From contig JBBSVV010000002.1 of NCBI GenBank assembly GCA_038046625.1, positions 1,821-29,770 of the forward strand: a stretch of 27,950 nt of DNA. The letters run 5' to 3'. The DNA is from an archaeon. GTDB lineage: Archaea; Iainarchaeota; Iainarchaeia; Iainarchaeales; Iainarchaeaceae. The position numbers and the translations under genes were made by a program. A model generated the notes under the pieces. That model searched no databases and was not told the origin of the DNA. It worked only from the letters and a program-made list of their open reading frames with translations. Position 1 is the first letter of the stretch. Every line of letters begins with the position of its first letter. Positions 9,401 through 18,800 of this stretch are shown here, piece by piece.

Positions 9401-10957
9401 AGCCAGGTCGATGCGCAGCAGAACACGGCAATCGCCAATAATACTGAAAACCTGATTGGCAAGATTGCATTCGCGCTCGAGAATCCTGAATTGAAGGGAC
9501 TGACTTATGTGCTTGAACTCAATTCATGGAGCGATGCCGACAACAAGGTGTTGCCCACAGAAAAGATTTCAGACAATCTTTATGCAGTCCAGCTTAGTGC
9601 TTACAGGGAATTCAACTCAAAAGTTCTTTCGAATCCGAATTGCCAGAATAAAGTCACAACCTGCACCATAGACGGAAAAACAGTTACAACGGATTTGCTC
9701 AAGAAGATTGCGGCAGGAACCTGGAAGATCACCGCAAAGAATTCCGGCATGAGCAACTCCGTAAAGGAATTGGTTATGGAGAGCGGCTCGTGGAATTCAA
9801 GCTATAAAGCCATCAACAGCGGCTCGTTCCTGCAGTTCTACAGGCAGAACATAAAGCCCTCGATGTTCCTCATGAAGGATAATTACAATGAATCGTTCGC
9901 AAGCGCAATGAAGACTTCTTCGGATTATGGTTCCATGATGCCTTCAACGCTTTCATTCACCGAGGGAAGTGTGGAGGCGGGCGATTACAATGTAACGATA
10001 AGCTACAAGTGGGCTGACAGCGGAAGCGCGGAAATAACTTTCACCAAGAACAGGGATTTGAAGCAGATTGATTCCGACAACAAGAAAGGCGCGGAAAAAT
10101 TCGACTCGCATTACGCGGACAACGTGCTCTTCTCATTGCCCATTGACGGAACCGTTGATGCGGGAACGAGCTTCACTAATGCAAACGGAAAAGAACTGGT
10201 GTTCAACAATTACGGAAACCAGGAACTCAGTGATGTCTCACCCTTGCCTGTCGCAAAGACGAAAGGAAACCCGGGCGGAAGCGTTTCATTCAGCGTGAAG
10301 AGGAAGCAGAGCGACGTGCTCAGCGGAAAGATAGCATCAATCAGCAGGACCGCATTCGAGTACTCGCCTTCGGACCCGATAAAGCTTGAAGTAAAGTTCT
10401 CGAAGAATTCAAAAGCCGATGAGGCAGCCGGCTTCCTGTATGAGTTCGTTTCCTCGAACAACAGCAGGATAAACGAGCTCAGCGGCATACAGTGGAATGC
10501 AGAGTTTGATGAGGTCGGCAATAACACAGGAAAAATGACTGCGCAGGAGTTCAACGGAGGAGACCTGTGCAGGAACCTGAGCACAATGTACCCGGGATTC
10601 ATAATCAATGAACCTAAGACCAGCGCGAGCGCGACCTATTCGGCACTGGTTTTCGTGCCCGCACTCTACAGCGGCAACACCACTAGCATCAACCTTCCGT
10701 GCCAGCCCAAGGACAGCGGTTCGCTCACGGAAACATATGACCTCGTGCCGCCGAACTCGGTGCGGACACAGGATTTGCAGCAGGGAAAATTGGCTTTGAA
10801 CACCAACCTTTCGGGCAGATACCAGACCACTTACAATCTCCAGAACCTTTTGAACCTTGTCAAGGGCAGCAGCGATTCCGAGGCAAAGGTTTGCTTCAAG
10901 GCAGCCAACAACACGGTTGATTTATTCTGGAATGCAAAGGCATTCGAGGCCTCGTGA
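3473..10957 (+). CDS. Giant membrane-anchored surface protein, paralog 1 (2494 aa), with carboxypeptidase-regulatory-like/Ig-like repeats and a conserved Cys-containing C-terminal half
   Basis: Single N-terminal TM (FPIFILLCALILGLAVWGI) and repeated V.V.D..G.P..GA.V......T...G...F......Y.....K.GY units. It shares motifs with paralogs 2 and 3 (DE.G...R.G, AKW, YR.WG, C...FC, CDA.Q, LM.D.Y, P.DG, VC...WN). GTGA precedes the ATG. Confidence 0.9.
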   Translation: MASDAPANGLYAQLEEKYYSLMDWLEKKGVPVYKAIDAIEARNIPSFPIFILLCALILGLAVWGISAAFFSSASLQVTVQDSLKQPISGATIDVLVDGKSLGAQATNAAGNAVFNVPLNKAFQIKAEKGGYVDKAQNYPATQAQSSAEITMQQEITTLKKTVNLLQAGTSRLFGKQIDVDFSCSGNTSFAQRKSTSTGTIDIDVPGDCDTLIARPSGNFSISNDSAFLSSGGVVSYSVEETQAGKGSAIVTVANSQGTVVPGIDVSLYTVSESNAAGTIFQTKQTSATGSASFTDVPSGRYYIVAFDRGNNYAEYDGSSEQMVQEIKANSLTTFSVVLSQGVVGKIRLLVKDKANGNAVQGATVKLSKGQTEITTSQTGADGKVEFSVGEEVEYRIYVDKAAYLIKTASLRPSVDFQQIEIEQATAENSQSLLVSIVDENNKPVENVRLKLKKNADGTQVGGELVTGLDGRGIFQRVDDGVYYVYAVKPGVGEKYCDPVTLSSRQANAITCQLNIGTGRLETGILDEDGKPIVNATIKVVDSFSSSVIAEETTDSDGKKIIAARADKEVFLVVAADGYASTTTVPVQMQKDVTLGQKIVLRKAIQSFEIELEGVYSNGEKISSGSGLNAGEKYTAKFLLLVPKSSVFDEAGVHVRTGNDDASTMEQDNLYISDVRAAFSGIAEGTTYTPPAGQGNDAQHYTTGNAKWANIVFRNVSGGVYEAEADLQVRAETRIGSQLELWYRAWGKSGGYLRVPTDAALGTAESIPEKQGLYANARKRPFSVGPSTLCGEDFCSSYSIEDTKEKITSGISDSYSAQVEGTYRLLFEISGTSETPFSAAQLLIKDRSSSIAIQSYSITPALGQQRQGQGIGSELSMQVGDIARDSVVKGEIIFQPRKEGTAQLDVSILSGTGTASEVYKKSLLIKVQPAQQLSLDVLPKSIVPLINNNVLARVSGDNDAAVANATVSIKSNGTVIASGETDIEGVFAYTLLSPGDGSTIGILAEKPGFKSIEKELGVSGNILSSDPKTVKLSMAVGGTAFKNIDALLLNYSQVPLQVEEVSASRDFQGFAQFAFDAPTTGEIIGSDSNAELAGTLRLGPQGATIAAPIKILGSLNVVVSSAAFQQKWVSSIPFELTIGFGDNVDDTDCFGVFPGEWQIFGAPSQAKQLNVTMTNSCKVSGGAIPLRNLSIRVVTGNDNALGKFRASSTLDGSTSAELTNTFRNIAAIVPVNAEQTLTLDFQPAQIVSGKSDMQIEVRATNLTANGPEDLTKAIKVSINMNNLNECLEVLASRDLTVNSCPNNMGFNNYGGQFSQYQNSRYTQFDPYSNRNGYGTGLPPYIGSDLSNGSSLAPSYQNYANYANNYYPNQNYSQPFYGNDYSNNAYSGSWNCGSTSFQISNSCESAVDVSFDAQPGIIVRDKTITIQPNEQSDVTVEPTNFFGRYELNLKAKPSTSNEKATDIAKIYVNVVNEATKNYRDCISLSPSQTLNFNNFFGKPVELKVMNSCYNEGVYLDSSTNAVSFAGLGINTPTDESAGVKELIESWGLIDEKFETQPNGKVTQVLTFEVAKALSTYRNKAPPAQFFEANKYADIGNLRYFLSTTYYSVMSRTNLVVRFTTPYGGQRTTSFRLVLQDLWPLLEAGARVSEQFTTYGDPKFTPEQCLKKESLNFIKITGGELPVGRIYSTLENGGLFRYATKNPTTNNESGGCGTVDFISDLEPTSFKDPKTGLVMNVQLDNGGHEMSIGFDETSGPWNGQKTNFNVKIIGNVNRISPPGKQLVGFNIQISVAGRQGAGTGPGTGPGQGGETFSFACENGNSGTDVYRKYGLQHISYEWRVSGDSPAQKIPENACNVYEAANPAAQRKLNADSAPLFCDAVQATVEFSRKIDRAKAITTIVKGANSGNGLCVTTANEFNCAEPANRNSLELFRFVLDQNKGYFTSASDKAHVLDLTLKAIAMAPLNDSKILADSISQMNASQVDAQQNTAIANNTENLIGKIAFALENPELKGLTYVLELNSWSDADNKVLPTEKISDNLYAVQLSAYREFNSKVLSNPNCQNKVTTCTIDGKTVTTDLLKKIAAGTWKITAKNSGMSNSVKELVMESGSWNSSYKAINSGSFLQFYRQNIKPSMFLMKDNYNESFASAMKTSSDYGSMMPSTLSFTEGSVEAGDYNVTISYKWADSGSAEITFTKNRDLKQIDSDNKKGAEKFDSHYADNVLFSLPIDGTVDAGTSFTNANGKELVFNNYGNQELSDVSPLPVAKTKGNPGGSVSFSVKRKQSDVLSGKIASISRTAFEYSPSDPIKLEVKFSKNSKADEAAGFLYEFVSSNNSRINELSGIQWNAEFDEVGNNTGKMTAQEFNGGDLCRNLSTMYPGFIINEPKTSASATYSALVFVPALYSGNTTSINLPCQPKDSGSLTETYDLVPPNSVRTQDLQQGKLALNTNLSGRYQTTYNLQNLLNLVKGSSDSEAKVCFKAANNTVDLFWNAKAFEAS

Positions 10958-10985
10958 GAAAATCATGGATTAGGAAAGTGAACGC

Positions 10986-11447
10986 ATGGGTTTCGGCAAC
11001 ATTGTCACGGTTTTCCTCGGAATGGTTTTCTACACCCTTGGAGTGATACTCGTGAATGTTTTTATTGAGCCCCTGCAGCCCGGCGCAATAAGCCCGATTC
11101 TTGAGCTCCTCACTCTTAGCCTCGCGGTGTTCCTTTTGGGCGCGGCATTCTTCGGAAGGGCGGGTTTTTTCCTGCTTTTTTTCGCGGGAATGATTCTCGG
11201 CGGAAGGATTCTTGACAACCCGATTTATGTTTTCGCCTCATTGATGCCGCTGCTCGTCGCATTGCTCGGCGGAAGGGACATGGGAAAAATGGCACTCCTT
11301 GACCTTGACGGGAAAAGGAATTTTTTCGAGGAAAAGCAGGCTTACCTCGCTTACGCGGGAGTCATAATACTGCTCAGTGTTGCAATAGGGTTTGCCTACG
11401 AGTTCCTGCCTGTTTTTGACGTTGCAAGCATACAGGGCCTGCTTTGA
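10986..11447 (+). CDS. Small polytopic membrane protein (153 aa, about 4-5 TM helices), function unknown
   Basis: Almost entirely hydrophobic segments, 28 nt downstream of paralog 1 on the same strand, so probably co-transcribed. Confidence 0.75.
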   Translation: MGFGNIVTVFLGMVFYTLGVILVNVFIEPLQPGAISPILELLTLSLAVFLLGAAFFGRAGFFLLFFAGMILGGRILDNPIYVFASLMPLLVALLGGRDMGKMALLDLDGKRNFFEEKQAYLAYAGVIILLSVAIGFAYEFLPVFDVASIQGLL

Positions 11448-11492
11448 GCCCGCGGGGGGCTCTTGATGGCTGTCAACGGAATCCCCTATGGG
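11448..11492. repeat. GTCAAC-hairpin repeat family, copy 1 (3'-truncated)
   Basis: GCCCGCGGGG...CTCT...TGTCAACGGAATCCCC aligns to 27624-27662 (GCCCACGGGG...CTCT...CGTCAACGGAATCCCC) with an exact 15-nt core. Confidence 0.7.
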
Positions 11493-11518
11493 CTCATCAC
11501 GCTACAGATGAAAATTAT

Positions 11519-12382
11519 TTAGCCCGCCAGTTTTTTTCTTTTCTTTACTTCCGGTTCATCCAAATAATTTTCCGGGGCACTGATTTTTTCACCTGATTCC
11601 AATTCAAGTTTTTTTCTGGCACCGCCGGCAATTTGCCCGCCTAATCGCGCCGCTTTTTTGTTTTGGACAAACCCGTAAGCGTCTTTGCTTCTCGCTATTT
11701 TGGTTGTGGATGCTTCGCCCAGCATGGTGAAAATGAGTTCCAAATCAGTCATGTGGTCGCGCAGGTTTTCTTTTGACAGTTTCTTGAATTTTTTGTATTC
11801 TTCAACGGTTTTGCCAAAAGTTGCTCGGCTTATTTCGTTGGTTAAAATAGCATATTCTTTCTCTTGGCGGATGTTTCGTTTTTTCCATTCATCCGTCAAT
11901 TCCTGCCGAACCGCTATTCCGCGGACTCTTTTTTCAATCCACTCGCCCGAATACCCTTTTGCCTTGTAGAGCTCTTTCATGCGTGCCTGCGACAGTTCGG
12001 GATTTTCGATTTCCTGAACACGCTCGTAACCTACTTGGGCGAGCCAGCGCTTGAATGGTTCTGCCTTTGGAGATGGAATGGACTGAATTATTCTGAACAT
12101 ATTTTTGGTATTGGCGCAGCCTGTCAGGTATTTTTTGCCGTCTGAGGATTCCAATTTCAGTTGTCGACAAATTGTCGATAACTCAACCCTGCTTGATTCC
12201 ATTTCTCTTTGCTTGAGCCGATACCAATAGTCCTTAGCATCCGAACTGTCTGTAAGAGCGGAAACAACATCCACTACTGAAAAATACCATTCATTCTCAT
12301 GCCACGCCCGCCTAATCTTCTTATTTTGAAAAACAACCAATGCACCCTGATTTTCCATCACAATCGCCCTGCTTTTTGCCAT
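11519..12382 (-). CDS. Bro-N domain / phage antirepressor-like DNA-binding protein (287 aa)
   Basis: Family-typical motifs IRRAWHENEWYFSVVDVV, YW..LK, QLKLES.DGK.Y, RIIQSIPSPKAEPFKRWLA, ELTDEW, EYAILT and NLRDHM. It is more AT-rich than the giant genes and opposite in orientation. Confidence 0.88.
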   Translation of the reverse strand: MAKSRAIVMENQGALVVFQNKKIRRAWHENEWYFSVVDVVSALTDSSDAKDYWYRLKQREMESSRVELSTICRQLKLESSDGKKYLTGCANTKNMFRIIQSIPSPKAEPFKRWLAQVGYERVQEIENPELSQARMKELYKAKGYSGEWIEKRVRGIAVRQELTDEWKKRNIRQEKEYAILTNEISRATFGKTVEEYKKFKKLSKENLRDHMTDLELIFTMLGEASTTKIARSKDAYGFVQNKKAARLGGQIAGGARKKLELESGEKISAPENYLDEPEVKKRKKLAG

Positions 12383-12514
12383 AACAAAACTTTCGGGTTT
12401 GCCCGATAATGTTGTCCGTGTTCGTGTTTAAAAGCAATTTGAGGCCTCGCTGCCGGTGCGGGCAGATTTTATTAAACACATTTCAGGGCAATTTTAATCG
12501 TATCCCTTGTTTTC

Positions 12515-12651
12515 TATAGCAGACCAATAAACTATTTCGGCGACATTTTTGGTCTGCTATCTAGCACCTTATGCCCAAGGGCATTAGGCCTCGTACCCTA
12601 CGGGTAGAAGGAACCGCGTCATATGCCGAAAAACTTTCGTGGTTTGCTATA
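12515..12651. mobile_element. 137-bp MITE-like element with 27-bp imperfect terminal inverted repeats starting TATAGCA
   Basis: Left end 12515-12541 (TATAGCAGACCAATAAACTATTTCGGC) matches the reverse complement of 12625-12651 (TATAGCAAACCACGAAAGTTTTTCGGC) at 22/27. Both extremities are TA. An internal extra end, TTGGTCTGCTAT, lies at 12549-12560. Confidence 0.7.
12564..12615. repeat. 52-bp twin-hairpin repeat, copy 2 (inside the MITE)
   Basis: 47/52 identical to 1445-1496, with a compensatory G-C to A-T pair in hairpin 1. Confidence 0.9.
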
Positions 12652-12703
12652 ACTGCAATATGAGTGCCCCACAGAGGATTGGGGCTGCCGCGAAGCAAAC
12701 ATG

Positions 12704-12740
12704 CCGTCAACGGAAACCCCCCCGTTAGGGGATTGGGTTG
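12704..12740. repeat. GTCAAC-hairpin repeat family, copy 2
   Basis: CCGTCAACGGAAACCCCCCCGTTAGGGGATTGGGTTG closely matches CCGTCAACGGAATCCCCCCTTCGGGGATTGGGTTG at 27646-27680. Confidence 0.8.
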
Positions 12741-12826
12741 TTTGGCCAAAAGCCTAAAGCAGGTTTATTAATCAAAAGAAACTAATATAAGCAAATAAAG
12801 CTTAATTATTATTATTCGGTTAATGG

Positions 12827-15800
12827 GTGAGTTCCTTGGGCCTTTTGGAAAGCGTTAAGCAGGGGTATTACAGCCTCGAGGAAAAATACTATGATTTTCT
12901 TGACAAGGTCAACGACAAAATCCCGGTTTATGAAATTGTCGACCCGATTGACAAGGTTTTCCCGAGCTTCATAATATTCAGCGCGATATTCCTGGTTATT
13001 CTCCTTCTGCTCGCAGGCACAGTAATATCGATTGTGTTTCCTTCAGTAAATGATTCGCTTGTGGTTTCCGTGAAGGACCCGGGCGGAAAAGCAATCGAGG
13101 GCGCGACCGTAACTTTCCTCAAGGGAGGAACCCCTCTTTCAAGAATTGACACCGACGCTTCCGGAATCGCGAGGCAAACAGGAGTAAAGGCGGGTGATGA
13201 GATTGAGGTGCGCGCCGAGAAACAGGATTACCTTTCAACAAGGAAAACCGCCATTATTGCGGAATTGCCGCAGGCACTCAACATCGAGCTCCAGAAGGAG
13301 AGCGATGCATTCGCCGCAAAAACAATCAGGCTCTTTGACAGGGCCGGGGGAAACGCTTCGGGAAACTTCACATTGAAATTCCGCTGCTCCGACCCTTACG
13401 CGCCCTCAATACAGGACATTACTTTGACTCCCGCGGACAACGGGGTTGCAAATGTAATGGTGCCGAATACATGCGGGCGCCTCTCGGTTGACGTGTCGGA
13501 TTCGGCAGCATTCCGGGAAGTTTATGGTTTCGCGGTTACAGGCAGCGACCAGATTATTTACCTTGACGGAATCGCGGCGCAAAGCGGAACAATAAACGTG
13601 AACGTTGCGGATACAACGGGAAAAAGCATTGACGGAATCAGTGCCGAGCTTTACAGGTACTCCGAGATTCTCGCCAATCCCAATGTGGGGCCGATTGATG
13701 TTGATTACACTTCCGGCGGGCAGGCATCATTCTCAAAGGCGCCGGGCGATTACATGGTGAAAACCTATGACGCTTCGGGAAGCTACGGCGAGGCAGCTTC
13801 GCAGAGAATTTCCCTCGGCGCGGACGAAACAAAAAGCGTTAACCTGGTTGTCCAGGAGAACGTGAGGGGCCAGATAAAAATACGCGTGGTTGACAGGAAG
13901 AGCCAGGCGAGGGTAAAGGGCGCTTCGGTCAAGCTGCTTTTTTCCTCGAGCAGCGAGGAACTCACAACGCTGAAGGCGGATGACGGCGGCGAGATTTCAT
14001 TCAACATCAGCCGCGTTGCCGAGTACAAGGCGTTCGTGAACGCTGACGGTTATCAGCTCGGGACCGTGAGCGGGCTCACGATAAGCGATTCGTTTGTTAC
14101 TGTGCAGCTGGACAAGTGCACTCCGACAACCTGCGGCAGCCTTGTTGTCAAGGTTGTTGACCAGGACAACGAACCCATAAGGAATGCGTTTGTTTCGCTT
14201 TACAATAACTCTACAAATTTTGTCGCGGGCTATAACCAGAGGAGCACGGACATCAATGGAACCGCGAAATTCTTCGGGGTTAGTTCCGGAAACTATTATG
14301 CGTTCGCATTCAAGGAAGGGTTTTCGGGAAGGAGCGACGCGGCATACTTCAGCACTGCAGTAAGCGCGGGCTCCGGGCCGAACCTCACGGTAACCATGGA
14401 AGTGGGCGAGGGAATTGTCCGAGTGAACTTAAAGGATTCGGAAGGAAACCCTGTGAGCTTCCCGCGCATAGGGATATTTGACGCGCGCACCAATGAGTTG
14501 GTTGGCTCGGACTTTGCGGGCGCGGACGGGAATTATGAAGTGAGCCTCAAGGCGAACAGGCAGGTTTATGTTGTCGCGACCAAGAAGGATGAGCAGGTTT
14601 ACGCGGATTATACGACCGTGAAAAAGCCAATCATTCCGGAAGGGGTGCAGGAATTCAATCTGAAGCTTGAGAAGCCCATACTCAAGGACAACGTTGAGCT
14701 TGAGTTCATTGGCCTCTATGATGCCGCCAACAGGGGCGTGCAGAACGTGAAGGCCGGCGAAAAATACATTGCAAAATTCAGGCTCCGCATTCCGGAGGAA
14801 AAGGATTATGATGAGGTGGGCGTGCACATCAGAACCGGCATGGATGTTTTGATGGAGAAGGACAAGCTCGACATCAAGGCGGTTAATGCGGCAAAAACCT
14901 CGCAGGCCAGGGCAACGCGCTTTGAGGGCGATGGAAGCGGCCTGAGCGAGGACGATTATGAAATCACGGATGGCGAAGCGAAGTGGGTTAACGTGAGATG
15001 GAACAACCCGCTTGCCGGAGTTTATGAGGTTGAGGCCGAGATACAGGTCAAGGATTCTGCAGCATTGGGAGAAAACCTGTTCATGTTCTACCGCGCGTGG
15101 GGGAACTCCTCGGGAGAAACGGACAGGTTCCCGGAGGATGATACAGTAAGCGAGGAATTGTATTCGAATGCAAAGCAGGAAATATTCCAGGTCGGCATAG
15201 TTACCTTGTGCGACGAGAATTTCTGCTTCAAATCAACAATTACAGATGAAGAGAATGATTTCATTGATTCGGTTACGGACACCTACAATGCGCGCGTGTT
15301 CAACCCGTACAAAATACAGTTTGTCATTACTAACAATTCCGAAACAAGGATACACAACAATGCCAACCTGCGCATCAAAAATCCGGATGAGAGCATAAAG
15401 TTCTTTGACTACACAATAACGGACGCGCAGACACGGCAGACACAAGGAGTAGTGAACGGCTTCGAGTTCCCAAGGCTAAACGTTGGAAATCTCCTGCCGA
15501 AAAACTCCATAATGCTTGAGGCGGAATTCACTCCGCAGAAGGCAATCAACGGTGTTGTCAACATACAGCTTGTTTCCGACCAGGTTATTGTTTTCGAAAA
15601 AAACCTGACACTGATTGTTTCCTCGCCGAAAGAGCTTGATGCCGAGGTAGAGCCGATGGTTTACCTATCGGGAATTCAGAATGACGTGACGGTTTCGGTG
15701 AAGGATTCTGCAAGCGGATTGGAGATTGAGAACGCCATAGTCAGGCTGAAGGACCGCGCCGGAAACGTGCTTGATTACTCTACAACGGCCAAGGACGGAA

Positions 15801-18800
15801 CCGCAGTGCTCACTTTGCCGGGGCAGGAGCCGGGGGAAAAGCTCAAAATCGAAATTGAAAAAATAGATTACAACGTGAAAATAATAGAATTGAATGTTAC
15901 GGATAGGCTGCTCGAAATAACTCCTGCACAAATCGGGGTCGCGCTGAACACAAAGAACAAGACGCAGAGCTCGGAAACCATTTCGCTGCGCAATGTTGCG
16001 CCGTACGACCTTTACATAAAGGAAATAAAGCTCGGGGGCACATTCAGGAATCTGCTTGACACCGCCTCTATAAGGAACTGGCTCGAAAGCTCTTACAGGG
16101 GAATGCCGATAAAGGCGGGGGAGAAGCAGGACATAGCCCTCAAGACTTCCCTGTCACAGGATGCGCTCGCACTTTCAGACCACACTGACCTCGATGGCAA
16201 GCTCACAATCGTTGCGGGGAATTTCGGGCAGGAATGGGTGTTCAATGTCCCGGTAAAAATCGCGATAGGCCTTGGAAGCGAGGTTGATAATCCTGCCTGC
16301 CTGATTATTACAAAAAGTGAGTGGCAGACCTCAACGAATGGGACTCCCGCAAAAACCGAGTTCCAGATACAGAACAATTGCACCGTGGGCGGAAAGCCCA
16401 TTGCATTGCAGGATTTGCAGGCAAAGGTCAACTGGAAAACCAACCAGCTCGGCGAATACACGCTTGCATTCGGCGACGACCAGGTAATTTTGAGGGGCGG
16501 CTACAACAGGCTTTTGCTCGGAACAATGCAGAAGGAACAGGCCTTGACCGCAATACTCACGTTCACTCCGTTCGGCGGAGTCAACGGGGTTGCGGAATCG
16601 GACATAGTAATCAGCGCCGTGAATCCGCTTGATGGCGAGGACCAGGTTCTCGAGAACACAATGCACACGAAAATCACTTCAATCAACCTGAAACAATGCC
16701 TGCAGTACGACAAGGAATCTTTGGACATTAACCAGAAGGAATCCGGAACCTTCACAATCACGGCAACGGAGAGTTGCGGCGAACCCGTTGAATTTGAAAT
16801 CCAGAGCGACTTGATTACTGATCCCGCTAAGCAGTTCACTTTGCAGCCGGGCCAGAGCCAGAAGGTGCAGGTGTTTGCGCAGGACAATTACCCCGGGCAA
16901 TACCCGGTTTATGTTTTGCCGAATTTCTTTTCGGACAAGCGCGAGCAGCTCGCAAAGAACCTGAAGGTAAGGATTAATGCGCCGGGCTGCTGGCAGCTCT
17001 CGAAGTACGAGTTCGATGTTTATGATTCGCCAAAGGACCAGTTTGATGGCTTTGATGTAGCTAATTTGACGAACACCTGCCCGCAGAAGGCCGTCGGAGT
17101 GAAGGTTAACCTCAAGAGCTGGGGGGACGCGGCGAAGAACGGGCTCGCTTATGGCTTGGCCGCAATGGCCTTGACTTGGCTCGGGAATTACACTGACCCG
17201 AACATTGAAAACAAGTTCCTCGGAACCGCTGCGCAGCCTGGGGGACAGAGCCAGAACCTTTCCCCTTTGGAGAAAGAGGTGCAGGACCTGCAGACAAAAG
17301 TGGATGCGGCAAAGAAGACCAAGACTCTTGAAGCACAAAGAGACACATTGCTGAGAGAGCTTGAGTCATTGCAGACTAACGCTAATTCACAAGTGGCACA
17401 GAACAATTTGGCAATAAGCAATACAAGTGATCAGGCAAAAATAACTGCACTCCAACTCAAAAATGAAAACCTGATGAAAAGAATACAAGAACTCGAATTA
17501 ATGCAAAATCAGGTGGTTCCACCAGTAGTAGAACCTACACCTGCCCCAACAAGCGCGAATCTTCCAGCAACAGGAAATGCCGTGCTTCCTCCGGTGCAGG
17601 GCCTTGTTGCGGGAATCACGGGGTCTGCAACTGGCACTAACTACCCGAGACAGCTATCAACCACAACACCTTATCAGTCTTCAGGAACCCGGGCACAGCA
17701 AACAGCCGGCCAACCTCCCTCAGGACAAAACTTCCTCCAGGGAATCGGCGGCGGAGCCGGAAGCTCATTGGGAGGAGGCCTTGCTGGCGGGATTACTTCA
17801 GGCGGCCTCGGGCTACTGAAAGGGATTCTCGGAAATAATCCGGTACAGTCCGGACTGTTCTATGGCATAGTGGGAACCGTTGCATCGTATTATTTCCAGG
17901 ACTCGGAAACGACCTTCACTACGCTGCAGAAGGACGTGGAAATAAAGAGCATTTCACTCGTGCAGGGCTCGGGAAGCCTCGAGCAACCCGATAGTGACAT
18001 TGGAGTCGAGGTTGAAGGCCTCGGCGGAAAGAAATCAGCCCCTACAGTTCCCCAGCCGCTCGTGAACAATGCGGATTTGATTTCACAGGGCATCGAAAAT
18101 ATGCGCACAATATTCACGAACATCAGCAGCCTTACAACGACGGAAGAAAAGCCGAAGTACTCGCAGCTCAAGGTCTCGGGAACGAGGCATGAGTACGCGG
18201 ACAAGACCTACACAAAGGAGGATTTCACGGACCCCGAAGGCGGGTTCCTCGGGTTCTTCACGCAGGACACAATAAACCAGGAAAAAACTCCATTGGAGGA
18301 AAAGGGCGGGCAGAGCCTCGAGCAAAGGTTTAATTTGGAGTTCAACAGCGTTCCCCCGATGGTTGAAACCGTTCAGCCGGCCTCATTATTGAACTGCCAG
18401 GCCGGCACAAAGGTCGGGTCAACCGGAGAAGACGCGCTACCCAAAGTCAAGTTCGACTGGACATGGAGCGGCATAGATGAAAAGCAGTGCAACGAGGATA
18501 ACGGGAACGGGATTTACTGCGACGCGACACAATTCACAATAGCGCTCATGAAAAAAATAAATGCAATAAGCGGGTTCGTCGCGCAGAATGCCTCGAACCT
18601 GAAGTGCCCCTCGCCTTTGGAGGACCAGCCCGCGGAAAGCGAAATCGGCAGCTTTGACATAGGGGTTTCAAAGGTTTCGGTTGCGAAAGACGGGACAAAG
18701 GCCCTTGTTTCTGCGGACATCACGAACACGAACCCGGGAATAATCAGCGCATTGGTTTCAATCAAGGCAGTGAAGGCCGGCAACGCGGGCACGGTAAATT

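Noticed and set aside
10945..10955. CGAGGCCTCGT at the end of paralog 1 (and GAGGCCTCG at 12441) matching the centre of the twin hairpin
   Set aside because: These are only 9-11 nt matches without the flanking hairpins, and the first lies within coding sequence, so they are compatible with chance.
1445..12740. Integron cassette array with attC sites around the antisense accessory genes
   Set aside because: The hairpins lack properly placed RYYYAAC...GTTRRRY boxes, the GTCAAC...GTTG hairpin is only about 35 bp, and no integrase is present.
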